NCBI GenBank assembly: GCA_019561615.1
Contig: JAHEQA010000036.1
Span: 27,335 to 91,334, forward strand
Reading direction: 5' to 3'
Source: Methanothermococcus sp. SCGC AD-155-E23
Lineage (GTDB): Archaea; AGJL01; Methanococci; Methanococcales; Methanococcaceae
Length of the DNA stretch: 64,000 nt
Notes under the pieces: generated by a model
What the model saw: the letters and a program-made list of their open reading frames with translations, nothing else
Database searches by the model: none
Told to the model about the DNA's origin: nothing
Program-made: the position numbers and the translations under genes
In this document: positions 33,038 to 43,057 of the stretch, piece by piece
Position numbering within the stretch: the stretch's first letter is position 1
How the letters are laid out: each line of letters begins with the position of its first letter

Positions 33038-34066
33038 TTACTCCCCTCCAAAGAATTGATCCTTCCTAGATCTCAGGAGATATATAAGGTAGGGTGTTCC
33101 CAGGAGGGAGGTTACAATACCCAGTGGGATCTCTCCAGTGGTGAGAGTCCTTGCAATGGTGTCACAGAGTATGAGAAAGATACCACCCATAATTGCAGAG
33201 AGGGGGATGAGGAACCTGTGATCAGGACCTATAATAAGACGGGCTGCATGGGGAATCATCAAACCTACCCAGCCTATAATCCCTGCAACTGAAACGGAGA
33301 TAGAGGTTATAAAGGTGGCCACTGTAATCAGTAAAATCTTAAGTCTTTCAGTATTTATTCCAAGGGACCTGGCCTCCTCCTCTCCCAGGGAGAGTATATT
33401 CAACTTCCAGGAGTAGGCCATAAGTAGAAGAATTCCCAGGGGTATGGAGAAGGCAAGGATCTGGAGATGGGACCAGTCAATATGGTACAATCCTCCCATC
33501 AACCAAAATACTATGGCCTTTAACTGGGCCTCGGTAGCTATATACTGAAATATTGAGACTAGGGCGTCAAAGAAGGATCCCAGGACTACCCCTGCCAGCA
33601 GTAGGGTTACAAGAGGTGTTTTACCCCTTATCTTGGCTATGGAGTAGGCACAGAAAACTGCCACCATTCCAAATATAAAGGCTGATAACTGTGCCGAGTA
33701 AGGGATTGGAAATACAATAGACAGGGCAGCTCCAAAGGCAGCTCCTGAGGAGACCCCCAGTATAAAGGGACTTACAAGGGGATTTCTAAATACACCTTGA
33801 TAGGCAGCTCCAGAAGTGGCCAGAGCCATACCTATAAGCATCCCTGCCAACACCCTAGGAATCCTTATATCCCATACTATGGCGTTGTAGATCTCGGGAG
33901 GTACTTCCCCACCTAAGAGGTGATATCTTATAACGTTAAATACTTCAAAAAATGGGATCTCATAAACCCCTACAGAGATGGAAAAGATTACAGTAGAAAA
34001 TAGGAGGATCCCCGCAAAGATCACAGTGAAAATTTTATTCCTGTAGTTAAAATCCACTCTTTCCAT
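33038..34066 (-). CDS. FecCD/BtuC-family ABC permease
   Basis: IRIPR, FRNPLVSP.ILGVSSGA, LGEEEA.SLG, IGWVGL.IPH. Confidence 0.93.
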   Translation of the reverse strand: MERVDFNYRNKIFTVIFAGILLFSTVIFSISVGVYEIPFFEVFNVIRYHLLGGEVPPEIYNAIVWDIRIPRVLAGMLIGMALATSGAAYQGVFRNPLVSPFILGVSSGAAFGAALSIVFPIPYSAQLSAFIFGMVAVFCAYSIAKIRGKTPLVTLLLAGVVLGSFFDALVSIFQYIATEAQLKAIVFWLMGGLYHIDWSHLQILAFSIPLGILLLMAYSWKLNILSLGEEEARSLGINTERLKILLITVATFITSISVSVAGIIGWVGLMIPHAARLIIGPDHRFLIPLSAIMGGIFLILCDTIARTLTTGEIPLGIVTSLLGTPYLIYLLRSRKDQFFGGE

Positions 34067-34087
34067 AGATATCACCAAAAAAAGAAA

Positions 34088-35236
34088 TTAATGGGTTTCC
34101 CCCCTATACCTCTGGGCCTTCACCGCCTCCTTAACACCTTCCTCATCCAACCTATACAACTCCCTGTAAAGTTTAACCTCCTCCTTATCAGGATCTATAT
34201 CTGTAAATTTCTCGGGATAGAGAGTCTTGGCCTCCCTAAGTAACCCTATTGGAAACTCCACTGTAGCCCTCCACTCTGTTATTCCCAAACTTCCAACCTT
34301 CCTCTCCTTTATAGCTTTAACATTCTGTAACAACTTCCAATTTAGGAAGATATTCTTTCCAGCGTATATCTCCTCTGGACTTATATACCCCTCATGTCCA
34401 AGTGCTATTATGGCATCTGGATTCAACCTTAAGATCTCCTCTGGAGAGGTTTTAATCCACCTACCACTTTCAAGGACGTTCTTCCCATGGACTATATCCT
34501 CTAAGAAGTAGGACTGGATGGTCTGGGCACCTAACATATAGTCAGGAGTTGCATAGAGTAGAACCCTAGGTCTCTTATCCTCTGGAATATCTTTTGTCCT
34601 ATTTCTGATCAACTCTACATACCTGTTGAGATAGTTTATTAGATCCTCTGCCTCCTTCTCCCTGTTAAATATCTTTCCCAGTATCTCTATCTCCTGCCAT
34701 ACAGTCTTTACATTGGGCTTGTCGTAGGATGTTGGGTGCAAAAGTACCACCACTGGAATGCCCATCTCACTTAACCTATCTACTATCTCCCCATATCTCT
34801 GCTCCCTCTCCCTGTTAGTTGAAAAGGCTCTTATTATTACAACATCTGGCTTCATTGCCATGATGGCCTCGTAGTTCAAGCCCTTGGATGTACTTCCAAC
34901 ATCTGGTATACTCTCTATCCTTGGACATACAACCTTTAGAAATACATTCTTCTTTTGGGAGTTGTCCACTCCAACTACCTTGTCATCTATGCCCCAGATT
35001 CTCATTACCTTCAAATAGGTTCCAGTGAAGTCAAGTAAGACAACTTTGTTAATAACATCTCTTCTGATTTTAACATCCCTGCCCCACATGTCTTTAACAG
35101 TGATGTACTCCTCCTTCTCACCACTTGATGGGAGGGTATTTTTACCAGACGTCTGTTCTGAGAGGCAGCCACTGAGGGTTATCGTAAGTACTAACATAGT
35201 GGAGAGTAATAATATTCCCAGCTTTTTTAAATCCAA
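34088..35236 (-). CDS. Iron/cobalamin-type ABC substrate-binding lipoprotein
   Basis: LSGC lipobox, ITVKDMWGR.V, NYEAI..KPD. TTG at 35236 follows GGTGA. Confidence 0.88.
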   Translation of the reverse strand: MDLKKLGILLLSTMLVLTITLSGCLSEQTSGKNTLPSSGEKEEYITVKDMWGRDVKIRRDVINKVVLLDFTGTYLKVMRIWGIDDKVVGVDNSQKKNVFLKVVCPRIESIPDVGSTSKGLNYEAIMAMKPDVVIIRAFSTNREREQRYGEIVDRLSEMGIPVVVLLHPTSYDKPNVKTVWQEIEILGKIFNREKEAEDLINYLNRYVELIRNRTKDIPEDKRPRVLLYATPDYMLGAQTIQSYFLEDIVHGKNVLESGRWIKTSPEEILRLNPDAIIALGHEGYISPEEIYAGKNIFLNWKLLQNVKAIKERKVGSLGITEWRATVEFPIGLLREAKTLYPEKFTDIDPDKEEVKLYRELYRLDEEGVKEAVKAQRYRGETH

Positions 35237-35359
35237 AGTATCACCTTTTACCAATTTTTTATGCTTTTTTTAATACTAATGGAGAAATTTGTAATACTAT
35301 ACAAAAATATAAACTTTTCTACTTTTAATAAGAAATGGAAAAATTAAAAAAGGGATCCT

Positions 35360-36055
35360 ATGGAACCAGTGGTAATTCTGGTAAACCCCAAGTACAGTGG
35401 GAACGTTGGAGCAATTGCCAGATGTATGAAGAACTTCGAAGTAAGGGAGTTAAGAATAGTGGGGGACAAAAGTATATTGGATAAGGAGGCCTATATAAGG
35501 GCGGTACATGCCAAGGATATACTGGACAGGGCACTGTTCTACAACTCCCTGGAGGAGGCTATTGAGGATATAGACCTGGTGGTAGGTACCTCGGGGGTTG
35601 TGTCTGGAGATAGAAATCTAAAAAGAGTCCCTATTACACCTAGGGAGTTGGCAGAGAAACACCTAGATCTAAGGGGTAAGATGGGGTTGGTATTTGGGAG
35701 GGAGGACGATGGATTAAGTAACAGGGAACTTGACCTCTGCGATATCTTCCTCTCCATCCCCACCTCTCCAGAGTACCCTGTAATGAACCTCTCCCATGCA
35801 GTGGCCATAATACTCTACGAGTTGTACCTCTCAAAACTTGAAAAACCCTTCCCTGTAAAGATGAGGGAGGCCTCAAAACTTGAGAAGGATATACTTATAA
35901 AGTTATTTGAAGAGTTTGTAGACGCCAATAAAAATATCCCAGAGTATAGAAAAGAGCTCTGTAAAATAGTCTTTAGGAGGATTGTAAGTAGGGCCTTTAT
36001 CAGTGGTAAGGAGGCAAATACCCTCATGTGCGCCTTTAGAGTTAAAAAAGAATAA
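35360..36055 (+). CDS. trmJ: TrmJ-family SPOUT tRNA methyltransferase
   Basis: P..GNVGAIAR.MKNF, VFGRED.GL, IPT...YP.MNLSHAV. Confidence 0.88.
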   Translation: MEPVVILVNPKYSGNVGAIARCMKNFEVRELRIVGDKSILDKEAYIRAVHAKDILDRALFYNSLEEAIEDIDLVVGTSGVVSGDRNLKRVPITPRELAEKHLDLRGKMGLVFGREDDGLSNRELDLCDIFLSIPTSPEYPVMNLSHAVAIILYELYLSKLEKPFPVKMREASKLEKDILIKLFEEFVDANKNIPEYRKELCKIVFRRIVSRAFISGKEANTLMCAFRVKKE

Positions 36056-36058
36056 AAA

Positions 36059-36454
36059 TTACTTACCAATAACCCTAGTTATCTTGTATCTCCCAACTGC
36101 CTCTATGTACTCCACCTCTACACCACTCTCAAGTCCCTCTACATCCTCAGGAATTGGGAGTTCCAAGGTTTCATAGGTCTCCAGATCCATTATCTGTACT
36201 GTATCTCCCATTACCGCCAGAACCTGTCCCTTCCTCCTGTCTATAATAGGTACCTCTACCTTTGAAGATGTTGGACCTACCAACTCCTTCTTAATGGGCT
36301 CGAAGATACCTATTGCAGTGACCCTTGCCTTGGCCCCTCCATGTTTCCCTGGTTTTGACTTTGTAATACTTACTATCTTACAGGGAACGTCGTCTATCAT
36401 TATGTACTGCCCCTCCTTTAGAGAACCTAACTCCACAGGTTTTGTCCCTGGCAC
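36059..36454 (-). CDS. eif5a: Translation factor aIF5A
   Basis: SKPGKHGGAK hypusine motif. Confidence 0.96.
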   Translation of the reverse strand: MPGTKPVELGSLKEGQYIMIDDVPCKIVSITKSKPGKHGGAKARVTAIGIFEPIKKELVGPTSSKVEVPIIDRRKGQVLAVMGDTVQIMDLETYETLELPIPEDVEGLESGVEVEYIEAVGRYKITRVIGK

Positions 36455-36583
36455 TCTCTCACCTTTTTTACTTGGTAATAAATACTCATAGTTAAAAGGG
36501 GTGTAGTATAAAAACCTTTGCCCATATTAGATTTATAGGAGTATTGCTAATTCCAGTCTTAAAGTAATTATAGATGGGATAGG

Positions 36584-36937
36584 ATGAATAAGGAGCAACT
36601 TATGGAACTTCACCAGTTCTTTGTTCACGTCTATAAGGAGTTAGTACCTGAGGATTACAACTGTCCCTATCTAGAACTTTACAGGAAGTTAGATGTGAAA
36701 CCCCACCATATCCACAGATTGAAAACGGAACAGTGTGCAGCTATATTTCTCCTGGCCGCCTGTATAGCCCACTATATAGCAGATAACGACGACATGGTCC
36801 CCAAGTCCCTCTCTCTAAAGTTACTGGAGAATGCCCTTAGATATCTCAATGTCAGATCTAAGAATTTTGAGGATATTGAGAAGTACAAGGAGTTGATCGA
36901 GAGAGTTAGAAATAAGAAAAGGAGGAATAGAGGGTAG
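36584..36937 (+). CDS. UPF0058-family protein
   Basis: MNKEQLMELH..Y..L.V.PHHIHRLK.E. Confidence 0.8.
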   Translation: MNKEQLMELHQFFVHVYKELVPEDYNCPYLELYRKLDVKPHHIHRLKTEQCAAIFLLAACIAHYIADNDDMVPKSLSLKLLENALRYLNVRSKNFEDIEKYKELIERVRNKKRRNRG

Positions 36938-36939
36938 AT

Positions 36940-38295
36940 ATGGAGGATATCAACAGTATACTGAAGGAAGTACTGGAGGACATAGTACCTAGGGAGTGGG
37001 AGAAGGAGGAGTTGAAGAGACTCTCCAGGAGGATTATAGAGGAGCTATACTCTCTCATTCAGGAGGAGGGGCTGGAGGACTTAGTGGAAGATATAGTACA
37101 GGTGGGATCTACAGCTAGAGATACCCATCTAAGGAACGACTACGATATAGATATCTTTGTGAGATTTAAAAAGGGTGTGGAGAGGGAGGTGTTGAAGGAG
37201 TCTATCTTGAAGGTAGGTAGGAGAGCCATAGAAAATTTAGGGGGCAACTCCTGGGTGGAGTACGCCGAGCACCCCTACGTCTCAGGGAGGATAGGGAGAT
37301 ACGAGATAGACATAGTACCCTGCTACAAGATAGGGTGGAACGAGGGGATAATCTCCGCCGTAGATAGGACACCTCTTCACAACGAGTTTGTGAAGAGGGT
37401 CCTTAAGTCCAAGCCCCTCCACAACGATATAAGACTCCTGAAGAAGTTCTTAAAGGGTATTGGGATATACGGCTCAGATCTAAAGACCAAGGGTTTCTCT
37501 GGCTATCTATGTGAGTTGCTGGTTATACACTACGGCAGCTTTATAAACACTTTGAAAAATGCCCAGAGATGGAAGATTGGGGAAAAGATAGTACTAGATG
37601 AGATCTTTGAGATATACGGGATAGACAGGGGCTACAAGTTTCCAGAGTTTGACCACCCCCTTGTAGTATACGACCCTGTGGATCTCAAGAGAAACGTGGC
37701 AGCTGCCCTAAGTAGGGAGAACTTCTGTAAATTTATATTCTACTCCAGGCAATTCCTGGAGAACCCCTCTAAGGAGTACTTCTACAACTACCATAGAAAA
37801 GTGGCAGAGAGGTTAAGCCACAGAGGCAGGGGTGCCCTGCTCACCTTGAGAATAGATAGGGACAGTAGTATAGTGGATGACATTATCTACCCCCAGATGG
37901 AGAAGTTGCAGAGGAGTATAAACAAGTTGTTAATTGAAAACGACTTCCAGATATTGAACTGTGAAGTTTACGCCAATGAAGAGGCCTGTTATCTCTCCTG
38001 GGAATTCCTGGTCTGGGAACTTCCAAATGTCAAGGTGAAGGTTGGGCCACCAGTATTCAACAGGAGGACTGGAGACTTTGTAAAGAAACATCCCAGGTAT
38101 TTTATAAGGGACTGTAGGGTATGCGCCTACGTGGAGAGGAAGTACAGGGATGTGTATCAACTCTTTGAGGACATAGTATCTGGAAAGTTGAAGAACAGGA
38201 TTAAACATCCTAAGTATGTCTCCCCTATAAATGGTAGGATTTACAGGGATATATTTGTAGATAGATATATGTCCATAGTAAAAGTATCAAAATAA
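36940..38295 (+). CDS. cca: Class I CCA-adding enzyme
   Basis: GSTAR.T.L..D.DIDIF, YAEHPY, SAVDRTPLH, GFSGYLCEL, DPVD..RNVAAA. Confidence 0.96.
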   Translation: MEDINSILKEVLEDIVPREWEKEELKRLSRRIIEELYSLIQEEGLEDLVEDIVQVGSTARDTHLRNDYDIDIFVRFKKGVEREVLKESILKVGRRAIENLGGNSWVEYAEHPYVSGRIGRYEIDIVPCYKIGWNEGIISAVDRTPLHNEFVKRVLKSKPLHNDIRLLKKFLKGIGIYGSDLKTKGFSGYLCELLVIHYGSFINTLKNAQRWKIGEKIVLDEIFEIYGIDRGYKFPEFDHPLVVYDPVDLKRNVAAALSRENFCKFIFYSRQFLENPSKEYFYNYHRKVAERLSHRGRGALLTLRIDRDSSIVDDIIYPQMEKLQRSINKLLIENDFQILNCEVYANEEACYLSWEFLVWELPNVKVKVGPPVFNRRTGDFVKKHPRYFIRDCRVCAYVERKYRDVYQLFEDIVSGKLKNRIKHPKYVSPINGRIYRDIFVDRYMSIVKVSK

Positions 38296-38297
38296 AG

Positions 38298-39230
38298 GTG
38301 TATGAATTGATATCCAAGGTCTTTAGAATTTTCAAAAAGAAGAGTAAGGATAAGACAGTGGAAAAATGGCTCAGTGAAGGAGATATCCTCTACGAGCAGG
38401 GGAGGTATGAGGAGGCCCTGGAGTACTTTGACAAAGTATTGGAAATCAATCCCAACTGTGCAGATGCCTGGAGTAGAAAGGGATTAACTCTGGCCAGGTT
38501 GGGAAGGTATGAGGAGGCAATTAGGTGTTTTGATAAATCCCTGAGTATAAGGAACGACTTTGAGATAATATGGGCCAAAAAGAAAGTTGAATGGAAAATA
38601 GAGGAAAAGAATATTGAAAAAATAATAGAGGATACCAAAAAAGAGATTGCCGCGGTAAAATCCAGGTACAATGTTGAAGAGGCGGAAGATATAATATCTA
38701 TGGCTGAGGAGGCTTTCAAAAGGGGATATCGATATAAAGCTAAAACGTTAGCCTTGGAGGCTAAGGAAAGAGTGAAGAGAATTAGCAAGTTAGCTAAAGA
38801 AGTGGAAGAGATAATGAAAGATGTTAGAGATATAATCTTTCACATAAAATCTAGATATAACATTAAAGAGGCTGAGGATATACTTAATCAAGCTGAGGAG
38901 GCGTTTAAAGATGGAGGGTATTCTAAAGCAGGGGAGTTAGCTCTAAAGGCCAGGGAAAAGGCAGTTGAAGTAAGAAAACAGGCTGAAAAAGCTGAAAAAT
39001 TGATTAATGAGATTAAAGAAACAATTTCACAGATAAAATCTCAGTATGATGTGAAAGAGATGGAGGATATACTTAATCAGGCTGAGGAGGCATTTAAGAG
39101 GGGGGAATATTACAGGGCGGAGAAGTTAGCTCTAAAGGTTAAGAAAAATATGGCAGAAATAGACAAACAGGCTGAAAATGTAGAAGGATTAATAGAAAGA
39201 TCTGAAAAGCAGTCACAATGTAAAATTTGA
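38298..39230 (+). CDS. TPR protein with three 63-aa helical repeats, possibly truncated
   Basis: Two TPRs (GRYEEALEYFDKVLEINP; AW..KG..L..LGRYEEAI..FDK), then KS.Y...E.EDI...AEEAFK.G repeats 189 nt apart. Confidence 0.75.
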   Translation: MYELISKVFRIFKKKSKDKTVEKWLSEGDILYEQGRYEEALEYFDKVLEINPNCADAWSRKGLTLARLGRYEEAIRCFDKSLSIRNDFEIIWAKKKVEWKIEEKNIEKIIEDTKKEIAAVKSRYNVEEAEDIISMAEEAFKRGYRYKAKTLALEAKERVKRISKLAKEVEEIMKDVRDIIFHIKSRYNIKEAEDILNQAEEAFKDGGYSKAGELALKAREKAVEVRKQAEKAEKLINEIKETISQIKSQYDVKEMEDILNQAEEAFKRGEYYRAEKLALKVKKNMAEIDKQAENVEGLIERSEKQSQCKI

Positions 39231-39324
39231 ATTCATGTCAATAAAAAAAATCCCTCTCTTTTTTTATAAATCCTCTAAAAAATAGACACCAACTCTAGAT
39301 TTAGTAACAATAAAAAAAAAGAAA

Positions 39325-39403
39325 TGGTAGCGGGGCGAAGATTTGAACTTCGGATCTCCGGGTTATGAGCCCGGCGGGATCGGCCTGGCTACCCCACCCC
39401 GCT
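39325..39403 (-). tRNA. Initiator tRNA-Met (CAT)
   Basis: AGCGGGG...CCGGG-CTCATAA-CCCGG...TTCAAAT...CCCCGCT-ACCA. A1-U72 pair and three G-C anticodon-stem pairs. BRE/TATA upstream at about 39436-39450. Confidence 0.95.
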
Positions 39404-39478
39404 TCACAGGCATTAATTATAGAATTAACATCTCATATATAAACCTTTTGGTTCTGTGCAAAACCCAACACAACAAAT

Positions 39479-40702
39479 CTATAACTTTTTCACCCTCTTC
39501 TCCTCTATCTTGTAGACAAAGGTGTTTGACTCCACATCCCTATCTACAAGTAAGTTGGCACCTATCCAGGAGTTACTTCCAACCTTTACCCCAGGCATAA
39601 AGGATACCTGAACACCTGTCTTCACGTTATCCCCCATTATCACCCCAAGCTTCCTAACACTCTCCACAACCTTGCCCTTTATATTCACCTTTACAGGTCT
39701 ATCGTCAAATCTGAGATTTGCAGTTATGGTGTTACAGCCCAAGTTGCAATTCTCACCTATTATACTGTCTCCCACGTAGGATAGATGGGGTATCTTTGTA
39801 CCTCTCATTACAATACTGTTCTTTATCTCTGAGGAGTTCCCTACAAAGGTATCCTCCATAAGGACAGTATAGGGCCTGATATAGGCCAGAGGACCTACCA
39901 CAGCGCCAGACTTTATAAGGGCAGGACCCTCAATTACAGTGTTGTGCCTTATCACAGCCCCCTCCTCCACCACAACATTCCCCTCGATTACAACATTTCT
40001 ACCTACCTCCCCTTTAATCTCCCTCTTTATACCCCTAAGAATATACCTGTTACCCTCCAGTAGATCCCAAGGTCTACCTATGTCCTTCCAGTACCCCTTT
40101 AACCTTATTCCCTTTACCCTCCTCTTCCCAATAAGTATCCTTATGGCATCTGTAAGTTCAATCTCCCCCCTCTCCGAGGGCTCTAGATCCTCAAGTATAT
40201 CCAGGATATCACTTTGGAATTTGTACACCCCCCCATTTATCAGGTTGGACCTGGGATTCCTAGGTTTCTCCTCTATCTCCACCACGTAACCCTCATCATC
40301 TAGTAGAACCACCCCAAAGTCTTCAGGGTTTCCTACCTCCACTAAACCTATGGCATTTTCATAGGGTAGAAAACCCCTTAGATCATCCTCAAAAAGGATA
40401 TCCCCGTTTATCACTAAAAACTCATCCCCCAGGTAATTCCCTGCACTTAGAAGTGCATATCCAGTTCCCTCTAACTCCCCCTGCTCCACAAACTTTACCT
40501 TGGGGTGATCCCTGAAGTAATCTATAATCACATCCTTCCTGTACTTTACAACAAGGTAGATATTATCCACTAGATCTTCCACCTTCTTCACAATGTACTC
40601 CAGTATAGGTTTCCCACCCACTGGAAGCATAGGTTTAGGTCTATTTTCTGTTAGGGGTAGTAACCTTGTACCTCTCCCAGCACAAAGTATAACTGCATCC
40701 AT
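39479..40702 (-). CDS. glmU: Bifunctional sugar-1-phosphate nucleotidyltransferase/acetyltransferase (archaeal GlmU)
   Basis: ILCAGRGTRLLPLT..RPKPML, SERGEIELTD, hexapeptide repeats, PHLSYVGDS. Confidence 0.9.
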   Translation of the reverse strand: MDAVILCAGRGTRLLPLTENRPKPMLPVGGKPILEYIVKKVEDLVDNIYLVVKYRKDVIIDYFRDHPKVKFVEQGELEGTGYALLSAGNYLGDEFLVINGDILFEDDLRGFLPYENAIGLVEVGNPEDFGVVLLDDEGYVVEIEEKPRNPRSNLINGGVYKFQSDILDILEDLEPSERGEIELTDAIRILIGKRRVKGIRLKGYWKDIGRPWDLLEGNRYILRGIKREIKGEVGRNVVIEGNVVVEEGAVIRHNTVIEGPALIKSGAVVGPLAYIRPYTVLMEDTFVGNSSEIKNSIVMRGTKIPHLSYVGDSIIGENCNLGCNTITANLRFDDRPVKVNIKGKVVESVRKLGVIMGDNVKTGVQVSFMPGVKVGSNSWIGANLLVDRDVESNTFVYKIEEKRVKKL

Positions 40703-40777
40703 GATCTCCCATCTCAACATTAAATACTAATCATTATTTTTATCACAAGTTTTTATAATTCTAATTTTGGGGATAAC

Positions 40778-41527
40778 ATGCTAATAATACTGGTAGGTCT
40801 CCCCTCTGTGGGAAAGAGCACCTTTGCAAGGAGACTCTCCAAGGAACTCTACCTTAGAGGTGTGGATAACTTAGTAATAGGGAGTGATGTTATAAGGGAG
40901 TGTTTTCCAGTGTGGAAGAGTGAGTACGAGGGTTACATAAGGGATGCCACCTACTACCTTATAGACAGTGCCCTAAAGGAGTTCTCGGTAATAGTGGACG
41001 ATACAAACTACTACAACTCAAGGAGGAGGGATCTGATAAACATTGCCAGGAGAAGAGAGAAAGATTATATAATCATCTATCTAAGGGCACCACTGGAGGT
41101 TGTACTTCAGAGGAATATAGAGAGGGGGGAGAAGGTTCCAAATGAGTTGATACTGGAGATGTACAGGAAATTTGATGAACCTGGAAAGAAGTACGCCTGG
41201 GATAGACCTGACATAGTGGTGGACACCCATAGGGAGATGGATTTTGAGAAGATAGTTGACACCATACTCAATAAAGGTAGTAAAAAGTTCAAGACAGGGA
41301 AAAAGAGGGATCCTAAAAAGGAGGTATGGGATAGGGTTGATAAGGTAACAAGGGAGGTTGTTGGGGAGTACATCAGGAGGGGTGTGGTTAAGGGGGAGAA
41401 TATTAAAGTGATCTTAAAACTTAGAAGGGAGTTCCTCAAGGAGTTGAAATCCAGGGGTTTAAAGGGGTTAGAAGAGATAAGATCTGATTTTAAGAGATTT
41501 CTAGAGGAGAGATTGAACAAAAAATAA
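40778..41527 (+). CDS. pstK: O-phosphoseryl-tRNA(Sec) kinase
   Basis: GLPSVGKST, VDDTNYYNSRRRDL, KFDEPG.KY.WD, short helical C-terminal domain. Confidence 0.9.
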   Translation: MLIILVGLPSVGKSTFARRLSKELYLRGVDNLVIGSDVIRECFPVWKSEYEGYIRDATYYLIDSALKEFSVIVDDTNYYNSRRRDLINIARRREKDYIIIYLRAPLEVVLQRNIERGEKVPNELILEMYRKFDEPGKKYAWDRPDIVVDTHREMDFEKIVDTILNKGSKKFKTGKKRDPKKEVWDRVDKVTREVVGEYIRRGVVKGENIKVILKLRREFLKELKSRGLKGLEEIRSDFKRFLEERLNKK

Positions 41528-41595
41528 TTTATAACAAAAATACCTATAGCTAGATCCAACATCATCGATATTTTGATTACTCAGGGGTGAAGTTT

Positions 41596-42189
41596 ATGAA
41601 GGATGTTAAACCTGTTAACGTGATGGACTGTCCAATATGTGGTGGAAAGAACACCTTGAAGGTGTTTAGTAATCAGTTGGACATCCCCTACTTTGGTAAG
41701 GTGATGGAGACCACCCTTATCTGTGAGAAGTGTAAGTATAGAAAAAGTGATATCATCCCCCTGGAGGTTAAAGAACCTAAGAGGTATACTCTCAAAGTAT
41801 CTAGTGAGGAGGATCTGAATAAGAGGGTTGTTAGAAGTGCTACAGGTCATGTAAGGATACCTGAACTAGGATTTGAAGTTAGACCTGGACCTGCCTCCGA
41901 GGGTTACATATCCAATGTAGAGGGGGTTCTAAATCGTCTTGAAGACGCTGTTAGGATGCTTATAAGGTGGGGTGATGAGGAGGAGAGGAGAAAGGGGGAG
42001 GAGGTTCTAAAGAGGATAGAGGATGTGAAGAGGGGGAAGGAGGATATAACCCTCATTATAGAGGACCCCATGGGACACAGTGCCATTATAGGGGATGGTG
42101 TAAAGGAGGAGAAGCTTAGTGAGGAGGAGGTTAAAAAACTAAGTGAGGGTAACATACTGATAATGGAAAAGGATAAAAATAAATCCTAA
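41596..42189 (+). CDS. ZPR1 zinc-finger protein
   Basis: CPICG..IPYFG..CEKC, IPELG..PG..SEG.ISNVEG, EDP.G.S. Confidence 0.92.
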   Translation: MKDVKPVNVMDCPICGGKNTLKVFSNQLDIPYFGKVMETTLICEKCKYRKSDIIPLEVKEPKRYTLKVSSEEDLNKRVVRSATGHVRIPELGFEVRPGPASEGYISNVEGVLNRLEDAVRMLIRWGDEEERRKGEEVLKRIEDVKRGKEDITLIIEDPMGHSAIIGDGVKEEKLSEEEVKKLSEGNILIMEKDKNKS

Positions 42190-42230
42190 TTATCTTTTTA
42201 AATCATTAGAGATTCATAGGGAGGGAAAGG

Positions 42231-43013
42231 ATGCAGATAGTTCCAGCAGCAGGGTATGACAGGGCAATAACGGTCTTCAGCCCAGAGGGTAGGTTGTATC
42301 AGGTGGAGTACGCCAGAGAGGCTGTTAGAAGGGGTACAACTGCCATAGGTATTAAGTGTAAGGATGGTGTAGTACTGGCTGTGGATAGAAGGGTTACAAG
42401 TAAGTTGATAGAGGTATGCTCTGTGGAGAAGATATTCCAGATAGACGATCACATAATGGCTGCAACCTCTGGACTTGTTGCAGATGCAAGGGTGTTGATA
42501 GAGAGGGCTAGGTTGGAGGCCCAGATAAACAGGATAACCTACGGTGAGCCTATAACAGTTGAGGCCCTTGCAAAGAGGATCTGTGATATAAAGCAGGTCT
42601 ATACCCAGCATGGAGGTGTAAGACCCTTTGGAGTATCCCTACTTATTGCAGGTATAGATAGGCACAGTTCCAGGCTCTTTGAAACAGATCCCAGTGGTGC
42701 CTTGATAGAGTACAAGGCCTCTGCAATAGGTGCAGGTAGATCTCTTGCAATGGATATCTTGGAGGAGAGGTACAGGGAGGACATGTCCCTGGAGGAGGCT
42801 ATGGAGTTGGCCATCTATACACTATCCAAGGTCTCCAAGGAGGAGTTAAATCCAAAGAATGTTGACATGGCGGTGATTAGAACAGATACCAAGATGATGG
42901 AGAAGATAGACTGTGAAAAGATAGAGGAGCTTGTGAAGAAGGCCAGGGAGATTATCGAGGCTGAGGAGGAGGAAAAGGAGGAGGGTGAGAAGGAGGAGAA
43001 GGAGGGGGAGTAA
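42231..43013 (+). CDS. psmA: Proteasome alpha subunit
   Basis: YDRAITVFSPEGRLYQVEYA, RPFGVSLL, TDPSG. Confidence 0.97.
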   Translation: MQIVPAAGYDRAITVFSPEGRLYQVEYAREAVRRGTTAIGIKCKDGVVLAVDRRVTSKLIEVCSVEKIFQIDDHIMAATSGLVADARVLIERARLEAQINRITYGEPITVEALAKRICDIKQVYTQHGGVRPFGVSLLIAGIDRHSSRLFETDPSGALIEYKASAIGAGRSLAMDILEERYREDMSLEEAMELAIYTLSKVSKEELNPKNVDMAVIRTDTKMMEKIDCEKIEELVKKAREIIEAEEEEKEEGEKEEKEGE

Positions 43014-43025
43014 CCTATCTTTAAT

Positions 43026-43040
43026 CGAAAGGTATATAAA
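43026..43040 (+). promoter_or_regulatory. BRE/TATA promoter before the SBDS gene
   Basis: CGAAAGG-TATATAAA. Confidence 0.55.
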
Positions 43041-43057
43041 TTAAAAGGGGATGAGTT

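Noticed and set aside
39343-39600. 85-aa ORF, and the similar 49566-49796 ORF
   Set aside because: Both overlap tRNA genes and the opposite strand of real genes.
42950-43013. GAG/AAG low-complexity tract
   Set aside because: It is just the acidic C-terminal tail of PsmA.
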